A DNA stretch of 64,000 bases, from positions 93,250,001-93,314,000 of the forward strand of contig NC_086107.1 in NCBI RefSeq assembly GCF_963921235.1, given 5' to 3'. The position numbers were made by a program, and so were the translations under genes. The notes under the pieces are model-generated. The model worked only from the letters and a program-made list of their open reading frames with translations, was not told the DNA's origin and searched no databases. Below, in pieces: positions 12,961 to 25,834 of the stretch (position 1 is the first letter of the stretch; the number at the start of each line of letters is the position of its first letter). The stretch comes from Mobula hypostoma. Taxonomy: Eukaryota.

Positions 12961-14032
12961 CCTCCAGTCAGAGCAGCAGCCATCTACTTCCACTCTCTGT
13001 CTTCCCTTGCTAAGCCAATATTCAGTCTAATTTACTCCCTCACCCTGAATGCCGAGCCACTAGTCACAGGCTTCCAATCAGAGAGTAGATTGCAGGTAGC
13101 AGCAAGAAGGTCTTTGGGAAATTACCATGTGAGGGTGTTAGGTTCTGGGTCGGGTCTGTGGCAGTTTGGCAAACAAAGAAAGGGTTGTCAGAGAAAAGCC
13201 AGGGACAGACTGATCATCAGAGGAGACAAGGAGGGTAGACATCTGAAGGGGATAAACCAGCCTGTCAAACATCTGGCAAAGCCAGAAGGAGCAGTCAGCG
13301 GGGGTTAAGATGCAATACGTCACACCTCATGAATCTAATGGAATTCTTGGAGGAGGTAAATTAACAAATGAAGAATATCCAGTTAACACAGCATATGTGC
13401 TATTTTAGAAAGCTCACAGCCAAATTCTTGGAAGACTTAGATGCAGAATATTGCATTCTGTCCAGGGTAGGTTTATGCAGAACAAAGAATAGTATAACAC
13501 AGTAACAGGCTCTTCGGCCCACAAAGTTGTGCCTAACTAGCTAAATCCATAACTAACCACCTAGCTAAACTAATTCATTTTGTCCTCATTTTATCCACAT
13601 ACTTCCTTTCTCTGCACATTCATGTGCCTGTCTAAGAGCCTTATAAATGACTCCATTTTATCTGCCTCCACCACCATGCCAGCAGTGCATTTCAAGCACC
13701 CACCCTGTCAAAAATTTGCCCTGTGTACCTCCTTTCAGGTGGCAAGGTGGAGGTACATCTCTACAAAGGAGGTGTAAGGCACTCCTTGTCTCCACTAGTC
13801 TGCAGGTCACCCTTGGACAAGGTGTAGCTCCTGCTGATCCCCCAGTCAGGGACACGTGAAACCATGGGAGCTGGTGGTGGATGGTCATGTGAGCAGCCGG
13901 TGCATATCGCAAGTGCTGGTTATGTGACCCCTGACGCCAGGTAGACAATCTTTGGAGAGTAAAGACACTGACCAGAAGAAGGCAATGGCAAACAATCATG
14001 GTTATAGTCACCTACCTCATACGATAAGGCAC

Positions 14033-14070
<38 letters not shown>

Positions 14071-14510
14071 CTCCTTTGAATTTACCCCTCTCGCTTTAAA
14101 TAGATGTCCTCTAGTATTTGATTTTTGTAACTTGGGGAAAAAATACGGGCTGCCTACTCTGTCTAAGCCTCTCATAATTTTATAATCAGTATGGTAACGT
14201 AGAAGGTGGCAAGGTAGCGTAACCATACTTCTTATGCCAGAATAACATGCTCACAACTTGCTAACCTCACCCCATGTGTCTTTGGAACGTGGGAACAAAC
14301 CTATGTAGTCACAGGGCGAGCATATAGATGGGCAGAATTGAACCCTGATCAGTGGTGCTTTTAATCATTATGCTAACTGCTATGCTGTCATATCACCCAT
14401 GGAAAAACATTTTCTCTGCACACTCATGTGCCTATCAAAGTACTGTGGTTTATCTTGGACTTCTATCTGTCCTGGAAGCTCTTAACTGGGTTTACACCAA
14501 CCACTGTCAG

Positions 14511-14654
14511 AGACACAAGAGATTCTGCAAACACTGGAAATCCAGAGCAACAAAATGCTGGAGAAATGCAGCAGGTCAGATGGTATCTATGGAGAGGAAT
14601 AAACAGTCAAGACCGGAACCACCAGCTGTTTATACTTGTCCATAGATGCTGCCT
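14511..14654. mobile_element. Penelope terminal-repeat fold-back remnant (continues at 19569-19600)
   Basis: AAAATGCTGGAG..CAGCAGGTCAG..ATCTATGG arm followed by an inverted CCATAGATGCTGCCT arm; split by the 14655-19568 insertion. Confidence 0.7.
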
Positions 14655-14666
14655 CCTCCAAGAGGA

Positions 14667-17600
14667 GATATCCTGCAGTGGGAGGGAGAACAGCCAGAGG
14701 TCGTGGTACATATTGGAACCAATGACACAAGTAGGAAAAGGGAAGAGGTCCTGAAAACAAACTACAGGGAGTTAGGAAGGAAGTTGAGAAGCAGGACCTT
14801 AAAGGTAGTAATCTCAGGATTACTGCCTGTGCCACACGACAGTGAGAATAGGAATAGAATGAAGTGGAGGAAAAATGTGTGGCTGAGGGATTGGAGCAGG
14901 GGACACGGATTCAGATTTCTGGATTCTTGGGATCTCTTTTGGGGCAGGTGTGACCTGTACAAAAAGGACGGGTTGCACTTGAATTCCAGGGGGACCAATA
15001 TCCTGGCGGAGAGGTTTGCTAAGGCTACTGGGGAGAGTTTAAACTAGAATTGTTGGGGGGTGGGAACCGAACTGAAGAGACTGGGGAAGAGGAGGTTGGC
15101 TCACAAATAGAGAAAGCTTGTAGACCATGCGAGAGGGAGGATAGGCGAGTGATAGAGAAGGGACGTGCTCAGACCGAAGGTTTGAGATGCATCTATTTTA
15201 ACGCAAGGAGTGTTGTGAACAAAACGGATGAGCTTAGAGTGTGGATCAGTACTTGGAGATATGATGTGATGGCCAGTACAGAGACTTGGATGGCTCAGGG
15301 ACAGGAATAGTTACTTCAAGTGCCGGGTTTTAGATGTTTCAGAAAGGACAGGGAGGGAGACAAAAGAGGTGGGGGCGTGGCACTGTTGATCAGAGATAGT
15401 GTCACAGCTGCAGAAAAGGTGGACACCATGGAGGGATTGTCTACAGAGTCTGTGTGGGTGGCGGTTAGGAACAGGAAGGGGTCCATAACTTTACTGGGTG
15501 TTTTTTATAGGCCGCCCAATAGTAACAGAGATATTGAGGAGCAGATAGGGAAACAGATCCTAGAAAGGTGTAATAATAACAGAGTTGTCATGATGAGAGA
15601 TTTTAATTTCCCAAATATCGATTGGCATCTCCCTAGAGTAAGGGGTTTAGATGGGGTGGAGTTTGTTAGGTGTGTTCAGGAAGGTTTCCTGACACAATAT
15701 GTAGATAAGCCTTCAAGAGGAGAGGCTGTACTTGATTTGGTATTGGGAAATGAACCTGGTCAGGTGTCAGATCTCTCAGCAGGAGAGCATTTTGGAGATA
15801 GTGATCACAATTCTATCTCCTTTACCATAGCACTGGAGAGGAATAGGAACAGACAAGTTAGGAAAGTGTTTGGTTGGGGTAAGGGGAAATATGAAGCTAT
15901 CGGGCAGGAACTTGGAAGCATAAATTGGGAACAAATGTTCTCAGGGAAATGTATGGCAGAAATGCGGCAAATGTTCAGGGGATATTTGTGTGGCGTTTTG
16001 CACAAGTACATTCCAATGAGACAAGGAAAGGATGGTAGGGTACATGAACCATGGTGTACTAAGGCTGTTGTAAATCTAGTCAAGAAGAAAAGAAAAGCTT
16101 ATGAAAGGTTCAAGAAACTAGGTAATGATAGAGATCTAGAAGATTATTTTCTTGCTTAGTAGGGTTTTTTTTAAATCACCAACATTTTTTCAATCTTTAA
16201 AATAATGTTTTTTTTCTTGAGACATTGTAAGTGTTGCTTCTTTCGATGTACTCATGTTAACTTTGGATAATAATAATAATAAAAAGACTTGAAAAGAAAA
16301 AAGAAAGGAGATAGTGATCATAATTCTATCTCCTTTACAATAGCATTGGAGAGAGATAGGAACAGACAAGTTAGAAAAGCGTTTAATTGGAGTAAGGGGA
16401 ATTATGAGGCTATCAGGCAGGAAATTGGAAGCAGATGTTCTCAGGGAAAAGTATGGAAGAAGTGTGGCAAATGTTCAGGGGATACTTGCGTGGAGTTCTG
16501 CATAGGTATGTTCCAATGAGACAGGGAAGTTATGGTAGGGTACAGGAACCACGGTGTACAAAGGCTGTAATAAATCTAGTCAAGAAGAAAAGAAAATCTT
16601 ACAAAAGGTTCAGGTAACTAAGTAATGTTAGAGATGTAGAAGATTATAAGGCGAATAGGAAGGAGCTTAAGAAGGAAATTAGGAGAGCCAGAAGGGGCCA
16701 TGAGAAGGCCTTGGCAGACAGGATTAAGGAAAATCCCAAGGCATTCTACAAGTATGTGAAGAGCAATTGGATTAGACGTGAAAGAATAAGACCTGTCAAG
16801 TGTGACAGTAGGAAAGTATGTATGGAACCAGAGGAAATAGCAGAGGTACTTAATTAATACTTTACTTCAGTATTCACTATGGAAAAGGATCTTGGTGATT
16901 GTAGTGATGACTTGTGGCAGACTGAAAAGCTTGAGCATGTAGATATTAAGAAAGAGGATGTGCTGGAGATTTTGGAAAGCATCAAGTTGGATAAGTCACC
17001 TGGACTGGATGAGATGTACCCCAGGCTACTCTGGGAGGCAAGGGAGGAGATTGCTGAGCCTCTGGTGATGATCTTTGAATCATCAATGGGGACGGGAGAG
17101 GTTCGGGAGGATTGGAGGGTTGCGGATGTTGTTCCTTTATTCAAGAAAGGGAGAAGAGATAACCCAGGAAATTATAGACCAGTGAGACTTACTTCAGTGG
17201 TTGGTAAGTTAATGGAGAAGATCCTGAGAGAAAAGATTTATGAACATTTGGAGATGTATAATATGATTAGGAATAGTCAGCATGGCTTTGCCAAGGGCAA
17301 GTCATGCCTTATGAGCCTGATTGAATTTTTTGAGGATGTGACTAAACACATTGATGAAGGAAGAGCAGTAGATGTAGTGTATATGGTTTTCAGCAAGGCA
17401 TTTGACAAGGTACCCCATGCAAGGCTTATTGAGAAAGAAAGGAGGCATGGGATCCAAGGGGACATTGCTTTGTGGATCCAGAACTGGCTTGCCCACAGAA
17501 GGCAAAGAGTGGTTGTCGACAGGTCATATTCTGCATGGAGGTTGGTCACTGGAGTGCCTCATGGATCTGTTCTGGGACCCTTACTCTTGGTGATTTTTAT

Positions 17601-19315
17601 AAATTACCTGGATGAGGAAGTGGAGGGATGGGTTAGTAAGTTTGCTGATGACACAAAGGTTGGGGGTGTTGTGGATAGTGTGGAGGGCTGTCAGAGGTTA
17701 CAGCAGGACATTGATAGGATGCAAAACTGGGCTGAGGAGTGGCAGATGGAGTTCAACCCAGATAAGTTCATTTTGGTAGGTCTAATATGATGGCAGAATA
17801 TAGGATTAATGGCAAGACTCTTGGCAGTGTAGAGGATCAGGGGGATCTTGAGGTCCAAGTCCATAGGATGCTCAAAGCAGCTGCACAGGTTGACTCTGTG
17901 GTTAAGAAGGTGTACGGTGCATTGGCCTTCATCAATTGTGGAATTGAATTTGGGAGCCAAGAGGTAATATTGCAACTATATAGGACCCTGGTCAGAACCC
18001 ACTTGGAGTTCTGGTCGCCTCACTACAGGAAGGATGTGGAAGCCATAGAAAGGGTGCAGAGGAGATCTACAAGGTGGTTGCCTGGATTAGGGAGCATGCC
18101 TTATGAGAATAGGTTGAGTGAACTCGGCCTTTTCTCCTTGGAGTGACGGAGGATGAGAGGTGACCTGATAGTGGTGTATAAGATGATAAGAGGCATTGAT
18201 TGTGTGGATAGACCATAAGACCATAAGACAAAGGAGCAGAAGCTGGCCATTCGGCCCATCAATTCTGTTCTGTCATTCCATCATGAGCTGATCCATTCTC
18301 CCATTTAGTCCCACTCCCCCGCCTTCTCACCATAACCTTTGATGCCCAAGCTACTCAGATACCTATCAATCTCTGTCTTAAATACACCCAATGACTTGGC
18401 CTCCACTGCCACCCATGGCAACAAATTCCACAGATTCACCACCCTCTGGCTGAAAAAATTTCTTCACATCTCTGTTCTGAATGGGCGCCCTTCAATTCTT
18501 AAGTCATGCCCTCTCGTACTAGACTCCTCCACCGTAGGAAACAACTTTGCCACATCCACTCTGTCCATGCCTTTCAACATTCAAAATGTTTCTATGAGGT
18601 CCCCCCTCATTTTTCTAAACTCCAAGGAATACAGTCCAAGAGCGGACAAACATTCCTCATATGCTAACCCTCTCATTCCTGGAATCATTCTAGTGAATCT
18701 TCTCTGAACCCTCTCCAACGTCAGCATATCCTTTCTTAAATAAAGAGCCCAAAATTGCACACAGTACAATTTTGTGGGGTCTTACCAGTGCCCTATAGAG
18801 CCTCAACATCACATCCCTGCTCCTATAGTCTATTCCTCTAGAAATGAATGCCAACATTGCATTCGCCTTCTTCACCACCGACTCAACATGGAGGTTAACC
18901 TTAAGGGTATCCTGCATGAGGACTCCCAAACCCCATTGCATCTCAGAACTTTGAATTCTCTCCCCACTTAAATAATAGTCTGCCAGTTTATTTCTTCTGC
19001 CGGATAGTCAGAGGCTTTTTCCCGGGGCTGAAATGGTTGCCACAAGGTTTAAGGTGCTGGGGAGTAGGTACAGAGGAGATGTCAAGGGTAAGTTTTTTAC
19101 TCAGAGAGTGGTGAATACGTGGAATGGGCTGCCGGCAATGGTGGTGGAGGTGGATACGATAGGGTCTTTTAAGAGACTTTTGGATAGGTACATGGAGCTT
19201 AGAAAAATGGAGGACTATAGGTAAGCCTAGTAATTTCTAAGATAGGGACATGTTCGGCACAACTTTGTGGGCTGAAGGGCCTGTATTGTGCTGTAGGTTT
19301 CCTATGTTTCTATGT
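14667..19315 (+). mobile_element. Near full-length CR1 LINE (5'-truncated ORF1 esterase, APE endonuclease, RT), degraded and chimeric
   Basis: ORF1 SGNH-like VVVHIGTND..DGLHLNSRG; endonuclease YFNARS, TETW, GVFYRPP, DFNFP, LDLVL, SDH; RT PGNYRPVRLTS, KAFDKVPH, GSVLGP, KFADDT; CTATGTTTCTATGT tail; AGGA duplicated at 14663-14666 and 19316-19319. Confidence 0.95.
18212..19001 (-). mobile_element. 5'-truncated CR1 nested inside the larger CR1
   Basis: YCVQFW..LERVQRRFTRMIPGM; (ACCATAAG)n tail; TSD GGATAG at 18206-18211 and 19002-19007. Confidence 0.9.
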
Positions 19316-19568
19316 AGGACTACAACCTTATTGTGGTTTGGAGGCTTGCATGTCTTAATGACCCAGAGAGCCCTAACTTGTAAAACAGCAATGAAGAATC
19401 CTTCTACACCTGAGCGTGATGGTATTCCTGAGTCTCTACCTGAGACTTGCATGACTGATACCAGTGAAAACCGAGAGGAAGCTACTGACATGATGAACAC
19501 CGCCAGAGATGGAGGACCTTCATTGCTGCCTTAAACACCAGCGGAGCAACAAGGCAGTAAGTAAGTAA
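19316..19568 (+). mobile_element. RTE-derived short non-autonomous element (its first 12 bp lie at 14655-14666)
   Basis: Homologous to 21357-21764; (TAAG)n tail; 13-bp TSD ATAGATGCTGCCT at 14642-14654 and 19569-19581. Confidence 0.75.
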
Positions 19569-20629
19569 ATAGATGCTGCCTGACCTGCCGAGTCCCAACC
19601 ATGTTCAGAGCAATGTTTCCCACTCTAACTCAACACAATTCCTGCAGCAGTTTCCTGTTTCTCTCCAGAGCTACAAGTGGTATCGGGAGAACATGGAGAA
19701 ATTAATGTAATTTTGTTAAAAGTACACAAATTTCATCTGAAGTGAAAAGACACATTAAAATCTATAAAAGCGGCAACGACTTGAACTGGCTTGGTATTGT
19801 TAAATCAGTACCATAGCACAAGATGAATCATCACATAAAATTTGTCAGTGAAACATAAAACCAAATGCAAGGACATATCGGAAAATGCTCGGCCAAAGAA
19901 ACAAGTCTTATAGAGCTACTTTAAGGAGCAAAGGCAGACAGGTAGAGGGGTCAAAGTCAAAGTCAGGTTTACTGTCGGATGCACAAGTACATGTATGAAC
20001 AGGTGCCATGAAAAACCTACTTGCAACAGCATCGCAGGCACAAATCATCAGATCAGCAGCATTCACAAGGGAAAAAAACATAAATTAATCGTAAATTACA
20101 CACCATTTTATAAGAAATTTGTTGGTGGGAAGCTTAGCATCTGGGCCTTCACCAAGAGTGAGATCACAAGCGTCCAGAAGTGGAGGAGCCAATTTCAGAG
20201 AAGTGTGGACCCCATGGGAGGTTGGAAAGATGGTGAAGGAGCACAGACTGCTAAAATCTGAGAGTTTCAGACCAGTTTATGCCTGCTGTCCTTCGGTGTA
20301 TAAAAAATAAATAAGTGTGAAAGCCTTCTCGTTGTTTGTATCTACTTGGGAGGGTAGAGATTTCATAAAATATTCATCAGAACTCCATCTACTGCCTCAT
20401 TCATGTGCATAAGTGTTGAAAAACATGTTTTTTTTTATCTGACAAAGAGATCTTGGACTCTTAATTAATGGAAATAAATGTTATCCCACTTTTGGTGAGA
20501 TGAGATATTGAACTGTTGTCCCACCCGGCAATGGCACCACGAGCAATCCCAGATGTCATCGTTGTTTGTGGGAGCTTCATGGGCAAAACCAATTGCCTTC
20601 TCAAAAGGAACGTCTCTTCAAAAAGCGAG

Positions 20630-20803
20630 GCATGAGATGCTGGAGGAACGCAGCAGGTCAGGCAGCTTCCGTGGAGGGGTATAAACAGGGGCCTCAGCCC
20701 AAAATGTCGACTGCTTATTCCCTCCATAGCTGCTGATTAACCTTCTGAGTTCCTCCAGCATTTTGTATGAGTTGCTTTGGATTTCCAGCACCTGCAGAAT
20801 CTT
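20630..20803. mobile_element. Penelope terminal-repeat fold-back remnant
   Basis: ATGCTGGAGGAACGCAG arm and inverted CTGAGTTCCTCCAGCAT arm; a similar fold-back lies at about 22405-22570. Confidence 0.7.
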
Positions 20804-21356
20804 TGGCACTTACATTTCAGTTAGCTCCCTCTCAGCTACGATGTGTGAACGAGTCATAGTGTGGCAGAGTCATACAGCACAGGTACAGGCCCTTCAGCCC
20901 CAACTGGTCCATGGCAACCAAGATGCCCATCTGAGCTAGTCCCATGTGCTTGCATATGGTCCATATCCCTCTAAACCTTTCTTACCTGTCCAAAGTCTTT
21001 TAAATGTTGTTAATGTACTTGTCTCGGCCACTTCCTCTGGCAGCTTGTTCCATATACCCAATATCCTCAAGGGAAAAAGTCGACCCTCAGGTTCTTATTA
21101 AATCTCTGCCCTCCCACCTTATAGTTATGCCCACTAAGTTTTCATTCCCCAACCCCGGGGGAGAGACTTCGTGTGTACTTTTGGTTGTTGGTGAATTGTA
21201 GATGCTGGCAGATACAGGAAGAGTGAGCCAAAAGTTCAGACCAGGCCAGCATTTAGATTTATTGACCTCTGAGGTCAGGAGCCTATATTGGCACGCCACA
21301 GTTCTTAGACAAAAAGTATCAACCCAGCCAACTAGTTCCCAATGCACTGCCTAAAT

Positions 21357-21764
21357 CCTCCAAGAGGACCACAGTCTTGTAGGGTTTAGAGGTTTGCGTG
21401 CCTCAATGACCGAGAGCTATGTTGGCTGGAGTCAGGGCTTTATGTTGTGACTCTCAGTAGGATCCCGCATGACAAGTTGGTCAAAGGGTAGAGGTCAGAC
21501 TAAGAGTGGTCCACTGGTCCTCTAGGTTTCGGGAGGCAGCTCAGGGCTAACAACCCTGACAGGTTAAACACAGTTGTTACGGAACCAGCAACGGAGAATC
21601 CTTCTACGTCTGAGTGTGATGGTATTCCTGAGTCTTCACTTGCATGACTGACAGTAGTGAAAACCAAGGGGAAGCTACTGACATGATGAAAGAAACACTG
21701 AGCACCACCAGGGATGGAGGATCTTCATTGCTGCCCTAAACACCAGTAGCATAACAGGCAGCAC
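21357..21764 (+). mobile_element. RTE-derived short non-autonomous element
   Basis: RTE/Expander-like 5' UTR motifs (GGTTTGCGTGCCTCAATGAC..GAGCTATG, GGGCTAACAACCCTGAC); 13-bp TSD GCACT(G/A)CCTAAAT at 21344-21356 and 21765-21777. Confidence 0.7.
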
Positions 21765-23002
21765 GCACTACCTAAATGTGCTGCAGGTCACAAGTCAGAA
21801 CATTTCCAATCAAAAGAGAGTATTAGACTGGGAACACCTCTGGGGAACTTCATCCAATGTCGTTGGGTTAATGCCCTGGAACTACCTATCTTGATGTACT
21901 GTATCTTCATCGCAGAGACTCACTGCGCATTCCTCAAGGACAACTAGCGGTGTTTAAATAATGTCACCCTCACCAATGAAGCCCACCTTGTAAGCGTTTC
22001 TAAAGATTAGTTTTGTTTGTCACATGTACATCAAAACATGGAAACATACAGTGAGATCCTCGTTTGTGTCAAATCAAATCAAGTCAGCGACCATGTACTG
22101 GGCCACTCTTCTGCCAACATAGCCTGCCGACAACTTACGGACCCTAATCCGTTTGTATTTGGAGTGAGGGAGGAAACCAGAGCACCTGGAGGAAACCCAT
22201 GTGGTCATGGGGAGAACGTAGAAACTGCCATACAGACAGCAGTGGAAATTGAACCCGAAGCAGCTATTACTGGTGCTGTGCTAGCCACTATGCTACCATG
22301 CTGTTCCTTCTGAGCTGATCCGTGGACCCAGTGGGAGCCACGATGGTAACAGTGAATCAGACGATGTTTCTCTTTCAGCCAACCCAGGGAAAGAGGCAGG
22401 AAATCAAAATCCTGCAGATGCAGGAAACCTGAAACAAAAGCTGAAAATGCTGGCAACATTCAGGAAGTCGGGCAGCATCAAAGGAGAGATAAGGCCCTTC
22501 GCTAATCGAGACCTTCTCTCCATAGATGCTGCCTGATCTGCTGTGTCTTTTTAGTATTCCCTGTTTTATTTTTTTTTTAAGTTTTGTTTCATCAGATCTT
22601 ATTGGATCAGCTTATAGTCATACACACCAGGGTGCAAGGAAATTCCTTGATCACATGAGTAAGCAGTAAACAATGTGAACTACAAAACAAGAGAGAGATG
22701 CTTAAGGACAGTTTAGTAGCATTGTGATTAGTGCAATGCTTTTCAGTGCCAGCGGTCACTCTGCATTCAGTTCCCCCCGCTGCTCTCCATAAGGAGCTCG
22801 TACATTCTCCCCGTGACCACGTGGGTTGCCTCTGGGTGCTCCTGTTTCCTCCCACGTTCCAATGACAAGGGGATTAGGGTTAGTAGGTTGTGGGCATGCG
22901 ATGCTGGTACCAGAAGCATGGTGACACTTGCCCTCGGCACATCCTCAGGCTGTGATGGTCGTTGACGCAAAGAATGCTTTTCACTGCGTGTTTCGATGCG
23001 GC

Positions 23003-23403
23003 AGCAAAGGGTGTTGGAAATGGTGAGGGTGTGGGACAGGTGGCGGAGAAGGAGTGCCAGGGGCAGGGGATGGCGCAGGTGCAGACACACCCAGCCCTGA
23101 GACACCAGCCGAAGTCATTTGATTCCAAACAATTGGTTTATTGATCATTACAGAATGTCCCTCTGATGCTTCCCACTTCCTCCCCCCTCCCTTCCTCTTT
23201 CCCCAACCATGATTCTCCTCTCCCTGCCGCAGTCCACAATAGAGACCCATATCAGAATCAGGTTTATCATCACTGACATATGTCATAAAATTTGTATTTT
23301 CTTTTGTGGCAGCAGGACAGTGCAATACATAAAATTACGACAGTACTGTGCAAAATTCAGACACCTTAACTACCTATATGCCTAAGACTTTTGCACAGTG
23401 CTG
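23003..23403 (-). mobile_element. Truncated copy of composite MITE (mini-MITE 23341-23403 plus cargo)
   Basis: Reverse-complement homology to 34321-34715; TIRs CAGTACTGTGCAAAA / TTTTGCACAGTGCTG. Confidence 0.75.
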
Positions 23404-23639
23404 TGCACATGACAAATAAAGCCAATATTGAGATGGCAGAGTAAACTGAAGTTTTGTGAAAAGGAATGCTAATGTGACAATAAAAGAAGAGATAGAATTA
23501 GGGGTTTGAGATCACGGCAGCAACACTGGAAGGGGATGTGATACAGTGGTTACCCACATTGCAAACCAGGCGCTACTAAAAGGACAATCAGTTGGTGACA
23601 GAGCATTTGGGGATGTTCCAAGGCTTTGTAATCTCTTTT

Positions 23640-24440
23640 AAGACACAAATCGAGGGATTGAGTTCAAGAGTCGCAAGATAATGTTGCAGTTCTGAAAAAC
23701 TCTGGTTTGACGATCCTTGGAATATTGGGTTCTGTTCTGGTCGGCTCACTATAGGAAGGATGTGGAAGCTTTAGAGAGGGTGCGGAGGAGATTTACCAGG
23801 ATGCTCTCTGGATTAGAGAGCATGTCTCATGAAGGCATGAAGAGCAAGCTAGGCTTTGCTCTTTGGAGTGAAGGAAGATGAGAGGTGACTTGATAGAAGT
23901 GTACAAGGGGAAAGAGGCATCAATTAAGTGTACAGCCAGAGACTTTCTCCCAGGGCAGAAATGGATAATACAAAGAATGCAATTTTAAGGTTATTGGATG
24001 AGAGTATAGGGGAGATGCCAGAGATAGTTTTTTTTTGCACAGAGACTGATAGGTGCATGGAATGCCCAGCTGAGGTGGTGGTGGACGCAGATACATTAGG
24101 AGTGTTTAAGGCACTTGGTTGAAAGAAAAATGAGACCATAAGATATAAGGTCAGAAGGAGGCCATACATAGCATGGTCACAACTCACTAACTCGAACCCT
24201 TTGGAATGTGGGAGGAAACCAGAGCACCCACACAGTCACAGGGAGAACGTACAAACTTCTCACAGACAGCAGCAGGAATAGAACATGGGTCACTGGCACT
24301 GTAATAGGGTTACGCCAACCGCTAAACTACCACGTCACTGCACTGCCATGTAGGATTATGTAGGAGAGGTGTTTTAGAAGTAAGTTAAAAGTTCAACATA
24401 ACATCGTGGGCCAACGTGCCAGTACTGTGCTGTATGGTCT
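23640..24440 (+). mobile_element. Old CR1 3' fragment with nested V-SINE piece
   Basis: Degenerate FWS.HYRKDVEALERVRRRFTRML-encoding sequence at about 23735-23810. Confidence 0.7.
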
Positions 24441-25834
24441 AGGATGCACATATGCTCTGTTATAACTGTTGACCTTATCATGTCAGTACAGCAACTGAAG
24501 CCCCACCATTTTCCCCCTGATATTAGTTAAGTTAGCAGAAACTTGGGGTCAAATGTTATAGAGTCATAGTACATTTTGGCCCTTCAGCCCTTTGTGTCCC
24601 TGTGGCCACCAGTCACCCACTCTTTAACTTGTGACATACCTCATGGGTATCTTGTGACTGTCTTATGACTATGATGTAATTGAGTATCTGATGAGCATGA
24701 TGTAATGGTCTTGTGGAGGTCACATGATGTAATTTTCCTGCCGATGTGAGGTCATGTGATGACACGTTCTCACCAGGTATATAAAGAGAGACGCCTGCTG
24801 TGACGCAGTTAGTTTTTCCAGCTGAGTTTTAAGTTTAGTTTGTTATTTAATTTGTCAGAAACTCCGTTATGCTGCATATTCGTCTTATGATGCAGTTTCA
24901 TTTTAAAGTGGAGTTCTACTTTCTATTGTAAGTAGTACAGGAGAGTGAAGACTGCCAAAGTACAGGAATTCGCAGAGTCGGGTAAAGCTGATATCGTTCG
25001 GCAGTTTTGGAGAGGATCGACCTTTATTGAATCTTCGTTCAAGAAATAGTGATCTGCATTTTGAGATATCCTCTGCTAAAGCAGGAAGGATTGTGCAGTG
25101 TCTATTCTCCAGAGGAAAAGGTCACTTCCTTTAAACCATTTTATTTCCACCGTCATGAATCCTGCGGATAAGGCAGATTTCGGCTGGGATCAGCAGTAAC
25201 GTCATGTCTTCGAGGAATTCTTTACTTCAGGAAAGTCTCTCCTAACTGTCTGTATAAATCTCTTGGTCTTTCGAATTTACCATTCTAAGAACTGTGTTCG
25301 AATTTACCACTTTAAGAACTGTTTTCACATTTACCCTTTTAAGAACTGTTCCAGAGTTGCCGTATAGCAGTTAACTTCTGGTTAAATTAGTCGTTTGAAT
25401 ATTTTTTGTGATTGTTGAGCAGAGTTTAATAAATGTTTGCTTGTTTTTATAAAACCTGACTCAATTGATATTCATTGTTGCCAGTGAGGAAGGTTTTCAG
25501 AGCCTGCAGAGGGACTTGGACCAGCTGAAAAAATGGGCTGAAAAATGGCAGATCGAGTTTAATACTGACAAGTGTAAGGTATTGCACGTTGGAAGGACAA
25601 ACCAACGTAGAACATACAGGGTTAATGGTAAGGCACTGAGGAGTGCAGTGGAACAGAGGGATCTGGGAATACAGATACAAAATTCCCTAAAAGTGTCGTC
25701 ACAGGTAGATAGGGTTGTAAAGAGAGCTTTTGATACATTGGCCTTTATTAATCGAAGTATTGAGTATAAGAGCTGGGATGTTATGATGAGGTTGTATAAG
25801 GCATTGGTGAGGCCGAATCTGGAGTATTGTTTTT

